Source: Octopus bimaculoides (lineage: Eukaryota). From it: a stretch of 64,000 nt of DNA. Shown piece after piece: positions 26,041-39,406 of the stretch. Location of the stretch: positions 58,091,576-58,155,575 of the forward strand of contig NC_068995.1 in assembly GCF_001194135.2 (NCBI RefSeq), in the 5' to 3' direction. The translations under genes were made by a program, and so were the position numbers. The notes under the pieces were generated by a model that did no database searches, had not been told where the DNA came from, and worked only from the letters and a program-made list of their open reading frames with translations. How positions within the stretch are numbered: the stretch's first letter is position 1; each line of letters begins with the position of its first letter.

Positions 26041-28077
26041 AATTACAGAGGTATCAAGTTGTTGGATCAGGTAATGAAGGTCACAGAGAGGGTCATAGAC
26101 CAACTAATTAGGGAGAGAGTCAGTTTAGATGAGATGCAGTTTAGGTTCATGCTATATTTCTGGTAAGACAGCTGCAGGAAAAATACCTAGCCAAGGATAA
26201 ACCTCTGTACCTGGCTTTCGTTGACCTGGAGAAAGCTTTTGACAAGGTCCCCGATCCCTTATCTGATAGTCAACGAGGAAACTAGGGATAGATGAATGGT
26301 TAGTGAGAGCTGTGCAACCCATGTACAAGGACGCTGTCAGTAAGGTGAGGGCTGGCAACGAATACAGTGAAGAATTCTTGGTAGAGGTAGGGGTCCACCA
26401 AGGTTCAGTCCTCAGCCCTCTCCTATTTATCATAGTTTGCCAGGCAATAACAGGAATTCAAGACAGGATGCCCCTGGGAGCTCCTCTATGCTGATGACCT
26501 TGCTCTAATTGCTGAGTCACTAGAGGAGAAGTTTCAGGTGCGGAAGCAAGGATTAGAATCGAAGGGCCTTAGAGTCAACCTAGCTAAAACCAAAGTCCTG
26601 GTAAGTAGGAAGGCAGACAAACCACAAATCCCTTTAGGTAGATGGCCCTGCTCGATCTGTAGAAAAGGCGTAGGTAGAAACTCTATAAAATGTACCCAGT
26701 GTAAGCTATGGACACATAAGAGGTGCAGCAATATGAAAAGAAGGCTAACTGGGAAGATATTTTTTGTATGTGGCAGATGCTCAGGGGCAATAAACATTGA
26801 AAATGTGCAGAGAACAACTTCTGCCACATTCCAGAGAGAAAAACTACAAGTAGTTGATAGCTTCCGTTACCTAGGGGACCAAGTCAGTAGAAGGGGTGGA
26901 TGCTCTGAAAGTGTAGCTGCTAGAATAAGAATAGCCTGGGTAAAGTACAGAGAGCTCCTACCTCTGGCTGGTGACAAAGGGCCTCTCACTCAGAGTAGTA
27001 ATTGTCTAGACTATATGACGCATGTGTACAAACAGCCATGCTACATGGCAGTGAAACATGGGCCGTGACTGCTGAGGACATGCGTAAGCTCGCAAGGAAT
27101 GAAGCCAGTATGCTCTACTAGATGTGTATGTGCAAACTCAACAAAGTGTAAGTTGGACCAAAGAAGCATCAGATGTGGTGTGCAAGAGAGATGACAGCGC
27201 TGGTATTGTCATGTGGTGAGAATGGATGAGGATAGCTGTGTGAAAAAGTGCCACACCCTAGCAGTTGAGGGAACCTGTGGAAGAGGTAGGCCCAGGAAGA
27301 CCTGGGATGAGGTGGTGAAGCATGACCTTTGAACGTTAGACCTCACTGAGGCAATGACTAGTGACCGAGACCTTTGGAAATATGTTGTGCTTGAGAAGGC
27401 CTGGCAAGCCAAGTGAGACCATACCATGTGGCCTATGCCAGTGGTGTAACCAGCCCACTTAGGCGTACTTTTCCTTCATTGGACACTAAACTCTGCTTGC
27501 GAAGACCTGTTGAGGCAAGTGAAATCGAAATCAAATTTGATGACAGCACCACTTGACTGGCATCCATGCTATTGGAGCGCAAAGAGCACCATCCGAGCAT
27601 GATCGTTGCTAGGGCTGCTGACTGGCTCCCATGCCGGTGGCACATGAAAAGCACCATTCGAGTGTGATCGTTACCAGCATCACCTTACTAGCACATGAAA
27701 GACAACATTCGAGCGAAGTCGTTGCCAGTGCCACTGGACTGGCTTCTGTGCGCGGTGGCATGTAAAAAACACCATTTGAGCGTGGCTGTTGCCAGTACCG
27801 CCTGACTGGCCCTCATGCTGGTGGCATGTAAAAGCACTCACTACATTCTCAGAATGGTTGGCGTTAGAAAGGACATCCAACTGTAGAAACTCTGCCAGAT
27901 CAGATTGGAGCCTGGTGCAGCCGTCTGGCTTGCTAATCTTCAGTCAAACCGTCCAACCCATGCCAGCNNNNNNNNNNGATTGGAGCCTGGTGCAGCCGTC
28001 TGGCTTGCTAATCTTCAGTCAAACCGTCCAACCCATGCCAGCATGGAAAGCGGATGTTAAACGATGATGATGATGAT
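26041..28077 (+). mobile_element. 5'-truncated RTE LINE (RT with frameshifts, 3' UTR, (GAT)n tail)
   Basis: NYRGIKLLDQV, FVDLEKAFD, GVHQGSVLSPLLF, YADD, FRYLGDQV and GRPRKTWDEVV motifs; tail gatgatgat. Confidence 0.92.
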
Positions 28078-28286
28078 ATAATTTTTTATGTTCAGTTATG
28101 TTTCTCCCCTGAAGTTCTTGTTGCATTTCAGCCAGTGTTTCGAAAACTTTTACATAGTGACTCCCCTAGTCTTATTGACATGTATGCGCTCAAGTCATGT
28201 AAATATTTTCATTACTCAGATGACACACACACACAGCATTACAAGGATGGCCTGCACATCCACCTTCACTTTCCATGACAACCACT

Positions 28287-28490
28287 GGGATTGATCCAGT
28301 TCCGGACAAGGATTCTGGATTATTTTTGCAGTTTTCTTACTTAATTTTTAAGAGCAGTTGGGTTCATTTTTAGTATTCTCGCTTGTGAGAGCAGTCAAGT
28401 TTATTTCAAATATTCTCATTTTAAAAATCAACTCGTTGGGAGGAAATTGGTGTTGCCTTGGTAGAGGTTTGCACTCTCTCAGTGCTCTTG
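28287..28490 (+). mobile_element. HINE-like element, 3' half
   Basis: ccttggtagaggt (inverse of the 5' subTIR) at 28456-28468 and terminal hairpin gcact-ctctc-agtgc at 28471-28485. Confidence 0.6.
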
Positions 28491-28769
28491 CTATTATTAT
28501 CGAAGGTAGTAAGCTGGCAGAATTATTAGATGAACAAAAAGCTGAGCAGCAATTCTTCCACCAGTATATTTCTGAATTGAAATTCCACTGAGGTCAACTT
28601 TGCCTTTCATCCTTTTAGGGTTGATAAAATAAATACCAAGTGAGCACTGGGGGCTGATGTAATCAACTAGTGTCTTCCTACTGAAATTTCAGGCATTGTG
28701 TCTATTGAAGAAAGGATTATTATTATTGCTATTATTTGATCTTTCCTCATTTATTAATCATGTACATGA

Positions 28770-28990
28770 ATAAGGTGGTGAGCTGGTAGAATTGTTAGCT
28801 TGTCAGGTAAAAGGCATTGTGACTTTTCATCCATTGTTGTTCTGAGTTCAAATTCTGCTGAGGTCGACTTTTCCTTTCATCCCTTCGGGGTTGATGAAAC
28901 AAGTACCAGTCAAGTACTGAGGCTGATGTAATTGACCAGCCCCCTCCCCCAAATTCCAGGCATTGTGTCTATAATAGAAAGGATTGTTAT
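28770..28990 (+). mobile_element. Second SINE family copy
   Basis: ggtggtgagctggtagaattgttagc...gagttcaaattc...gaggtcgacttttcctttcatcccttcggggttgat; related copies near 15860, 28500, 48690 (-) and 54490 (-). Confidence 0.7.
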
Positions 28991-29524
28991 TATCATCATC
29001 GTCATCATTGTTATTATTATTGAAGGAGAGAGCAGTGCATGCCGTCAAAGTGACACTGGGGTAAAGTATATGAAGCCCAGTATACCCATCATGACTACCC
29101 GTCTGATAAGGGTACATCAGGCACATGCATCACAACCATATCAAGATAAACAGCACATGACCTAGCAGGTGGGGCACAGTTAGAATTTTCTTCAGGTCGA
29201 GTAGCCCATCCCACTCAAAAGGTCACTGAATAAGGGTTGTTTAAGGATGTTGAGCAAAACACCCATGTTTCCAAAGGTGAATTATTCAAACCCCAAAGAA
29301 TTCCTCTGAACACATGGCTATGATGCTCCCCCTCTACTACTGCTCGTGATCAGAGATGCACATATCATCAGCCACTGAGGGACATACTCAACTGGTTAAG
29401 GTCAATCAGCTGACAAGCAAATCTGTGGTATTGAGAAGAATATTTGCTGTGGTCCATCTTTTGAACCAAGACAAAACAATGTACATGATAACACTTCCAA
29501 TCAATTAAGATGAGACGTCATTCA

Positions 29525-29765
29525 TCATCATCATCATCATCGTTTAACGTCCGCTTTCCATGCTAGCATGGGTTGGACGATTTGACTGAGGACTGGTGAA
29601 ACCGGATGGCAACACCAGGCTCCAGTCTGATTTGGCAGAGTTTCTACAGCTGGATGCCCTTCCTAACGCCAACCACTCAGAGAGTGTAGTGGGTGCTTTT
29701 ACGTGTCACCCGCACGAAAACGGCCACGCTCGAAATGGTGTCTTTTATGTGCCACCCGCACAAGC
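29525..29765 (-). mobile_element. Short 3'-end copy of the RTE family
   Basis: Near-identical to 3074-3330 and 48270-48570. Confidence 0.8.
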
Positions 29766-29772
29766 CAGTCCA

Positions 29773-29803
<31 letters not shown>

Positions 29804-31152
29804 AAGTGTTATATAATGATAGAGTGGGTGTTTCAATTTGAATGTGTCACATTCCTACCAAGAACAGCTGTACATTCTTCTCCTGTTTTAGGGTTTATTT
29901 TAATTGCTGTTAAAATAAACATTTAATACATAAAAATGGTGAATATTTTCTTCTAATGAAATACAAAGCAGAATTACAAGTGAGAGTTGTATACTGTATC
30001 AAACTATTAATGTGTGAACTTCTATATATGTTGCTCAGCCTGGTAGAAATAGTAGTTAAATTTCCTTCTAATCATACCTAACCCCCTTTAAAAAGAGAAG
30101 TGCATATTAAATGATGTAAGCCTGGATGCACTGATGATGGATCCTACATTGGTGTTGATGGTGAGCATTCACTTGCTTCATCAGCTGAGTGAACTACTCA
30201 TTCAATTGTAAGTAGCTGTATATTTCACAGACATGTGTCCTGTTAATGTGATCTTTAGCCCAGAGGTCTGAAAACGAAATATGGAACAAGCGAAACAGTC
30301 TGAGACATGCAGAATAAGGTGCTTCAGCAAGGGGATGTAACAATGAGTCTAAGGATAGTGACTAGAATTGGTGGTAGGCTATCAGCTAGTGATTGTCTGT
30401 GTCAGCATGAACTAAGATGAGAAATATAAACAAGAAAGAGGCATGTGGGTGTGTTGAGAAATGAAATAGAGCTTAATGGTTCAGGTAGCGATGGTGGTGG
30501 TGGTGGTGGTGGTGGTGGTAGTGGTGCATATGTGTGTGTGTGTGTGTATATGTATGTATAATGCAGGTGGTGGAGACTTAGTTTAGTGCGGGTACTTTGT
30601 CAGAAAGGAAAACAAAATAAACAAAAACAAAAAAATATCCAAACCTTTAATTGAGTAATTACTGAACGTATAATAACTGTTTATTGAATATTTAATGAAT
30701 ATTTACTAAACATCAAATGAATATTCACAGTATAGTTATTGAACACTTACTCGAATGATTACTAGACATTTATTGAATATTATTTTACTGAACATGTTTT
30801 TATTGATTAGTTATTGATTAATGATTTAATTAAAATCCACTGGAGGACTCAGCTTGAAATGTTCCTCTCTGCTTCCTGTCACAGCACACCAACATGTGTT
30901 TTTTTTATTTATTTATTCATTTAAAAAAAAAATTTTTTATGCTATATTATGTTATGCCTTCAAAGTATTCAATACATTTTACAAGGCTTGAACTCATCAC
31001 CATGTACTCAAGGACTCAGACCAGTAATGAAGTATTTTAACCACACAGTTGTACCTATAAATGCACTTGTTAATTGATGTTGCGAGAAAGATTCTTGATA
31101 CGCACACATGCACATACATGTATATATGTGTGTGTGTGTGTGTGTCCCTCTT

Positions 31153-31210
<58 letters not shown>

Positions 31211-32330
31211 CACGTAAAAAACACTACTGACCTCGCCTGTGGTTGTGTCATGTAAAAAGTACTAAGTCCACTCTGATGAGTTGTTGTGTTATGAAGAGCA
31301 TCCAGCTGTAAAAATCCAGCCAAAACAGTCACTGAAGTCTGGTGCAGTCTTCTGCCTAGCCGACTCTTGTGAAACCATCTCAACCATGTGAGCATGGAAG
31401 GTGGACATTAAACGATGATGATGAAAAAAGGAAAAATTATCACTCCTAAAAGAGCTTCTAACTCTTATTTCTTACATTATAGATGATTCAGCATCCTTGG
31501 TCACGATTAGTGATGATAAAATTTTTCCTTTATGGTCTTATATTGCACATAGCTGTTAATATATATGCATTATCATTTTTACTAAATCAGCCATGGTAGT
31601 TAGACCTGGGCTCTGAATACAGAAGACATGCACAGACTAGAGAGGAATGAAGGTAGTGGTTCAACAAAAAGAGACTGATAGAATAAGTACTGGGGTTAAT
31701 TTACTTGACTATACATTTGTAGGCTGTGCACCAACACGGCCATCATCTAATGACTGAAACAAGTAAGAGATGAAAGATAAAAGATGTGTGTGCTTTTATA
31801 CATACATGCACACAAACATGCAAGCACACACGTGCACACACACACACACACACACACACAGATACATACGTATAGTTATCTATCTTAGACATGAAACATC
31901 ACAAGAAAATCAGAGCTGGTTCTAATTTCTGTAGAAAATCTGTAAACATGTGATTTAATAGCACTGCTAACACAAGAGTACATGGTATTGACTTATAAAA
32001 ATGTTTAATATGCTTTCTAGCATATTAAGGGTGTAGAATGAAATACTGTGTGCCTAAAAGTCATTAACCTTCTGTTTTATTTCATAGGCTAATCAGTATC
32101 TAATCACCAATAAGCTTCCTTTACCCAATGACTACTAAAAATGAATGGGGCTTTTTTTTTCACTTCTACCTTTTTCTCCTAACAATCTGCTCTCCACTCA
32201 GATCTCTCCCAACACTTGTCTCTCTATTCTGAACAATAGACCACCTATACTGCACTTCAGATTTAGTCTGATGATCAGCATCATGAAATTCCAATAACTT
32301 AACTAGATGTAAGGTGCCAGCTGTTGTAAC

Positions 32331-32363
<33 letters not shown>

Positions 32364-32719
32364 CATCATCATCATTTAGTGTCCACTGTCCATGCTGGCA
32401 TGGGTTGGACGGTTTGACCAGGACTGGCCAGCTGGAGGGCTGCACCACACTCCAGTCTGATCTGGCCTTGTTTCTTCCTAATGCCAACCACTCAGAGAGT
32501 GTAATGGGTGCTTTTATGCTACTGGTTTGGGTGCCATTTGCATGACACCAGTATCTTCGATAACTACAATTTTATCTGGCTTCCATCAACTTGAAACTGT
32601 ATTCTCTAATCTTCTTGAATACCCTTTTAATGTGTCCTCCATGTTGTTCATGTGATTCACTTTTTATTAGAACATCATTTAATTAAGCGATAGCAAAATC
32701 AGTCAGTCAACATTGTATC

Positions 32720-34843
32720 CATTATTTACTGAAATATGGAAGGGGCCACTTTTATATCAAAGGGAAGCCACTTAAATTTAAGTAAGCCATGGTGTTTATT
32801 AACAGTTAATAAATGTGAGCAGTCTTCTTCTACTTGAATTTGTAGATATGCGTCCAAGAGGTCTAACTTTGAGAAAAATTTCCCTCCATTCAATTTTGCA
32901 AACACTTCCTCAGGACTTAGCAATGGGTAGTTATGTGAGATTAAACAATCATTCAAACCTGTTGAAAAATCTGTACAAACTCTTAACTTGTTAATTTTCT
33001 TTCTTTACATAAACTGTAGGTGCTGCCCAGTCTGAGTGGTCCGTCTTCCTGATTATTCCTAGGCTTCCAAGTTCTTTGTTTATCTGGCCTATTGTTACAA
33101 ATGGTACATTCGGTTTTGGCATAAATACAGATGTTGCACTTTGTTTTACTGCAATTTTTGCCTTTGTTTTCATGCAGCAACCCAGTTCCTCCAAGAAAAC
33201 ATCTGGAAATAAATGTTTTATTTTTTGTTTCATCCTCATTTGAACTTTCAACTGAACCAACTATATTATCACACAAAACACTAATGGGCATAATCCACAA
33301 TTTGAATAGTCCCATCCACTCTGTGCAGAATAGATTAACTGAATTTTTTAGCACATATATCTTTGGTCACAAAATGTTACATTACACACAAATTTTATGA
33401 CAAAATACAATCTTTTGCCTGTAACACCGTGTGCAACCTTTGTAGACTCAATTTCAGCTTACCAACATACCTCCAAATTATTTCATTTACAATGGCAATA
33501 TCACTTCCAGTGTCTAACTGCATTTTTACTCTGATATTCTTAATTTTCACATCTATGAATTTTCTCCTTCTTATTATTACTGTCTTTCAACGACATACTG
33601 TTTATTCTTTTTTCTTTGTTCCACCTTGGTTTTACCGTGTGTTTTTATGTGTCTAATTTTTTCACAATGGAAGCATTCCACTTTCTTAAATGAACAGTTT
33701 TTCTCAGGTGTAGACCTCCTCATGCAAAACACGAGATTTTTTCGTGATTCTTGTCCTGTGTGTACTGTATTTTAGTACACACTTGATTTCTATTCTGCTT
33801 ATTTCACACTGGTTTCACTTGGGAGCAATCTTTATGTTCAATTTTCTCTGTGTTGTGCCTTAAATTTACTATTCTAGTTTTTCTGTGTCTGTCTTTGAAG
33901 TCAGACCCTGAGTAAGTATCAGGCACTCAAACGTATCTAGCATTAATTCGTCCTCTTTGAACTTTTCACATTTCCTGTTAATTCTACCAACATATGTAAT
34001 GTAGTCCTACTCATTGTTCTTTTCTAGGTTCAAATATTTCCAACATATATTGAACAATGAGCTTTTCTCACTGAAAATTTTACACAATATGTCTATTGTA
34101 TCTTTAAAGTTTATGCCTGAAGGTTTTTTTCAGGAGTATGTAGTTGCTGTAATGCCCATGTTGTCTTGCAGCTAATGTTCTTAAGATTAAACTTGTTTTC
34201 ATATTGTCATCCCAATCTTTGCACTCTTTATCAAAGATTTGTTCGTATCTTCTACAGTAAATCCCCAAAATATACTCCTTTGTCTGGTTTGTACTTAAAT
34301 TCTGTTATTGAGTTTGCAGCATAATTTGGTGAGAATTTTTGTTTCAGTATTTTCTGATGACTTACTATTCATTAATTTCAGTGTTTGTTGTTGTAATAGT
34401 AATTGTTGTTTCTTCTGTTATTGTTCTTGCAGTTTTATCTGCTGCTGTTGTTCTTGTAGTTGTAGCTACTGGTGTTGTTGCTGCTGCTGTTGTTGCTCTT
34501 CTCTCAGTTGCTGTTTTTGCAACTCGAGCAAACCAGCCAACAAATTTTCCATAATTTTTATAATTATTTTTCCATAAAATTCACTCAAAAAAATCTTTTG
34601 TGAGTTTGTTAATTCCTCATCACCACCGTTGTAACCCTTGTCACTACTGTTGTAATCCTTCATATTGGATTGTTAAAGTGCTCACTTCGGTATAGCAGTA
34701 TAGTTGTTAGATCAGTAAAGACATGACTATCTAAGAACGTCTACTTTGCACTCTCACTATACTGACGTTAACTTATTTATAGTGATGAGCACATACCACT
34801 TGTCACATGGCAGGGGTATACCATTATTACTATTATCTCCACA
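32720..34843 (-). mobile_element. Ty3/Gypsy (Mag-like) LTR retrotransposon fragment: 5' LTR, PBS, gag, partial pol
   Basis: RT N-terminus YPL..PEEVFAKLNGGKFFSKLDL.DAYLQI; Q-rich gag start; putative LTR 34630-34843 with TG...CA ends and a TATAAA; PBS-like tggtgatgagga at 34614-34625. Confidence 0.8.
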
Positions 34844-36331
34844 ACAATAGGCACATTAGTAGTGTTGGCAATTTTCAGGAAGCATGGAATTTTTGAAGAA
34901 TAGTATCCTGTCAGCTGGTGTGGTTAGTATATTCTCTGCTTTGTCATTCTGAGCGTGAAAAAAATTTTCAGAAAGTCATGGGTGGTTCACATTTTTGTTT
35001 TTCGATTTTATAAGCATGCTCACAAGTGGTAGAGGTATTTAATTTTAAAAAGTGGTTAGAGTTGTTGGTGGATAATTTTGTGGGCTTCTACCAAATCATC
35101 TGTTAGATATCAAACCATTAGTGTGTTGATACTCAGAGAAGTGATATGTTTTAGATATGGTAAGTGACTGACAGAAGATATTCCTCTAGTTGCACGTCTC
35201 AGAACTACTTTCACTAGGTCAGTTTTCTGAACAAGAAGGGGTTTCCTTACTGGAATGCAAACAATAAGTGTTGATGTACCATAGCCATTTATGGCTTTAA
35301 TTAGATAGCTGGTGAGTGAGTGACTAACACATTTTTACTGAATGATGGTAAGATACCTTCAGCCTTTTTGATGATTTTATTCACTGCAGACCATTGTTGA
35401 CAATGATATCTGGATCATGTTCATCAGCAGATTTCATAAGGTTAGGGTTGCAAAGGGAAACGGTAAGTTCCAGGTTTTTCCACCAAAATATAAAACTTGT
35501 CTAGAGCTAATTTGAGTTGCCAGTCAGCAATTTATTGCTGCATTGTGTCCAGCTTTGATTGCAGGAACAATGTATAGTGTATACAATCCATTCTTTTTTG
35601 TGAAAGTACAGCATGCATGCACACACACATGCAAATATGCACACACAGAGTGACGAAAAAAGGGAGAAAGAGTTCTATTGGGTGACATATGAGTAACAAA
35701 ATGTCAGTGATTCATATCCCGTGATTGGAACTACTCTAGACCCGTGTGATAGATGTGTAACTATCAACATCCTAGTTCAACACTGGAAGTAGTATCTGCA
35801 GCTCTGTAAAGTTAACAAGTGTTGTGGGGCTCCAGATTTTTCCATAGGTTCAGGTAAGAAAATGAAATTTCCTACAGGTGTATTTTTCCAACTGAATCAG
35901 CACTCCAAAGACAGGTGTTCTTTGTGGTGCCTGACAACCCAAGAGTGTTACAGAATTAGCCACTAGCAGTAACCCCCCCCCCATCACCTCCACACCACTA
36001 TCACAACAGCACCAGTACCACCATCATTTTTGAGGGGGTTTAGGTCCCATATCCATTCTCATAAGAAATTTTTTCTATTCAAGTTTTTGTAAAGTTGCAT
36101 AAAAATAATTTAGAAAGATAATCTTAGTAACTTTGGTATTAGTTTCAAAATCTCTCTCTCATGATTTTAAGAATTACTAATATCTGAAATGTTGGAATTT
36201 CTTACTCTTTACAGCAAATTAACTCACTTGAATTTTTCTTTTTTTCTCCAACTTTTAAGACAAATACATTCTATTATAGTTTCAGTAAAATTATATGAAG
36301 ACAATCTCAAGTGAATTCCTTTCTATTCCAG

Positions 36332-36496
36332 TTTCTATAAAGTTGAATGGAGATAAACATTGGCATCAGGCAACACTTGTCTACTCTACTCCATTAACCG
36401 AACCTTTTGATGTGGCTGTCTTAAAACTGAACAACTACTCTTTTTTGACACCAACTAAATTGCTATCTTTTCCAGAAATCACTACGGCCGTTGAAG
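36332..36496 (+). CDS. TYSND1: TYSND1 coding exon 4 (catalytic Asp, PFDVAVL)
   Basis: Acceptor ttctattccAG ends at 36331; ATLVYSTPLTEPFDVAVLKL; donor GTTTGT at 36497; phases 1/1. Confidence 0.88.
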
Positions 36497-36848
36497 GTTT
36501 GTACCCCTCTACCATTGACCACCATAAACACTGCCACCACCACCACCACCACCACTATCACCATTGTCATCATTTTCATCACTATTGTTCTTGTTGCTGT
36601 TACCATTGTTATTGTCCTCCTCCTCCTCCTCCTACTGAATGTTGGCAGCAGTAGTGGCAGTTACATCATCTCATTGTCATTATCATCATCATACCCAGCA
36701 CTCATTTCAGTTGCGTCTCTCCTGCCTTCATTTCTCATATAATTACATTCATGACTGCTTTATCCAGCATACCTATCCTGTCTGTGAGACAAGTCATTTG
36801 AAATTAAGTTTGGCTGCTACTTCCAACAGATTAAGCAACCATATAGAG

Positions 36849-36995
36849 CAGGTATGGGCAAACTTTTTGGAGAAGCGGCTCACATGAAAACTGACTTATC
36901 ATCAAGCAGATCAGACCAGTAAAAAGATTCAAAGCCATTTCTCATTAGGCCATTCATTTTTCATTAGGCCATTCAGGCCACAGTTTGCCCATGGA
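36849..36995. mobile_element. Small hAT-like MITE
   Basis: caggtatgggcaaact ... agtttgcccatg inverted ends. Confidence 0.5.
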
Positions 36996-38532
36996 TCTTA
37001 TGGAGGTTCTTGTCATAATAACTGTTGTAAAGTTGTTATTGTTGACACCATTATGAACAGCATCCATTGAAATTCCAAATCTTATAAATGTTTCTATTTT
37101 CTTATATATTCAGAATTGTTGAAGCATGGAATAAGCTGCCTACATCAATTGTTAGCTATCAGAACACTGCAACCAGTAGGTCATCAGAGTCCAATGATGT
37201 CGTACGGTTTCTCACAATTCCTGCTGGCTGTGGTTCATCACTGCTCTCGCTGTTGGATTCTTGGTAGTCACTCTCTGGTCTTGAATCTTAATCCAACTCA
37301 CTATTATTATCATCATCATCATTGTAGGGACACCCTGGTACTGATTCCTTGCATCTCTGAATTTTATTTTTCAAAGGCATCCTGATTGTGAGAAAATTCA
37401 TTTCGAGTGTGGTCATTGCCAGTGTCATCAGACTGGCTCCTGTGCAGGTAGCCTGTAAAAACACCTTTTGAGCGTGAGCATGGTCATTGCCAGAACCTCC
37501 TGACTGGCCCTCATGCCGGTGGCACATAAAAAGCACCCACTACACTCTTGGAGTGGTTGGCGTTAGGAAGGGCATCCAGCTGTAGAAGCTCTGCCAGATC
37601 AGATTGAGACTGGTGCAGCCATCTGGTTCACCAGCCCTCAGTCAAACCGTCCAACTCATGCCAGCATGGAAAGCAGATGTTAAAAGATGATGATGATTTC
37701 ACTAGCAATGTCCATGCTTTTACAGATCACTTTGGTTTATGAAACTGAGTGGGAGTATTATTCACTTTTGCAAGCTTCTGAACAGAAGTGATATTCACTT
37801 TTCCACACCAACAACCGAGATCCACATGACTACACATCAATTACATGCATATAATCTCATCTGTGGGCTTCACATAACAATAACCCAAAAAAGACAGCTT
37901 ATCTGAAATTCCCAGAAGAAATCTAGGTTGCTGCCATAACCATCATCTGCTGTTATCAGAAATTTCTAAAAGAAAAGAGGTTGCAGCCATGGCTACTATG
38001 TGGCAATGACCTCCACCCTCGTCTGGCCACACACACAGTGTTCGATGTGGTCAGTACTGCTTCCTGTCTGCAAGGGCTTAAAACAAATATTGAGATTAAT
38101 AAGATTGACTAAATCTCACTGAAGGTAGTGCCCTGTGCATTACTGCAATCCTATGATTGACACAAGTAAATGTGCAAAAGGATAAGTGTTTGTTGGCACA
38201 CAAAATGCGATGAGAGAAAGCACAATGTTTTTGGCTGAAATACTTCATTAAAAAATCTTCTCAGTCATCTAACTTGTTTTCTGTTCCACTCTTGAGCAAA
38301 AAATATATTAGCTGTAACACAAACCATTTGTTATTTGGACATAGTTGCGTGGTTAAGAAGTTCATTTTGCAACTATGAGGCTTTGAATTCAGTCCCTGCA
38401 TAGCACTTTAGACTGACAACTACACTATGTGTAAATTTGGTAGATGGAGGCTGTGTAGAAGCCTGTTGTATGCATGTGTGTGTGAGATGAAATAGATTCG
38501 AAAGAGGCTGGTGTTGGTCTGCATTGACAATT

Positions 38533-38761
38533 ATAAAATCGATGAAAAGAGTACAGTGAACTTGCCATGGTGGGTGGAAATTTAATGAGAGACGGCAAAG
38601 TTTTAAAGATTTTTATTTTTCCTAACTTAGCGGATGTAAAAGTCTTCACTAACTGTCTTTCATCAATTTCTCCCTTTTCAAATTTCTCTGAAGAAGGACT
38701 ATTCAAAATAGATTTCCTACTCCCCATACCATGCTCACTGTACACTTTTTATCGATTTTAT
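38533..38761. mobile_element. MITE with ~45-bp imperfect TIRs inserted in a SINE
   Basis: ataaaatcgatgaaaagagtacagtga... / ...tcactgtacactttttatcgattttat. Confidence 0.7.
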
Positions 38762-38998
38762 TATGCGTATATGTGGTGTGTCATTGTGTTTGTGTCTGTC
38801 CTCCCTCACCACTGCTTGACAAACAGTGTTGGTTTGTTCATGTCCCCATAACTTAGTGGTTTGGCAAAAGAGACTAACAGAATACCAGAGTTGAAAAATA
38901 AGTACTGGGGGTCAATCTATTCAACTAAAACCCTTCAAGGTGGTGCCCCAACATAGTCACAGTCCAATGTGGGAAACAAGTAAAAGATATAAGATTTA

Positions 38999-39217
38999 CC
39001 CCTTAGCATTCAGATTATTCCGTCAAATGCAGTGTTTGTTTATTTATATTGTTTTGAATTAATCATGAATTATCTTATTTTTTAGAGATATTAATGGTGT
39101 CACTGCTTAGTTTTAGAATGACATTTTAGGGATGGAGTGAGAGGCCAGATCTGGCCAGTTTCAATTGAAACAGGTTAAATATTTTGGCTAGATATGGCCA
39201 GTTTGAATGCTAAAGGG
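38999..39217. mobile_element. piggyBac-like MITE
   Basis: ttta|ccccttagcattcaga ... tttgaatgctaaaggg|ttaa. Confidence 0.7.
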
Positions 39218-39284
39218 TTAAAGACAATACCAATGAATTTTAAACGAAAAACTTATGTCTTTTTTATTTTCTTATTATGGGCAG

Positions 39285-39406
39285 GAATGCCAGTCTATGC
39301 AGTTGGTTTTGCTTTATTCACCTCACATTCAAACCCTCAGCCGACTGTAACATCTGGAGTGGTTGCCAGACTTGTTCAACACAAGCAAACGGATATTCTT
39401 ATTCAG
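39285..39406 (+). CDS. TYSND1: TYSND1 coding exon 5
   Basis: Acceptor gcAG ends at 39284; GMPVYAVGFALF...PTVTSGVVARLV...ILIQ; donor GTTAGT at 39407; phases 1/0. Confidence 0.9.

Noticed and set aside
29030-29520. Structured repeat tested for an HDV-like ribozyme fold
   Set aside because: Could not assign P1, P1.1 and P2 pairings by eye; left as an unclassified repeat.
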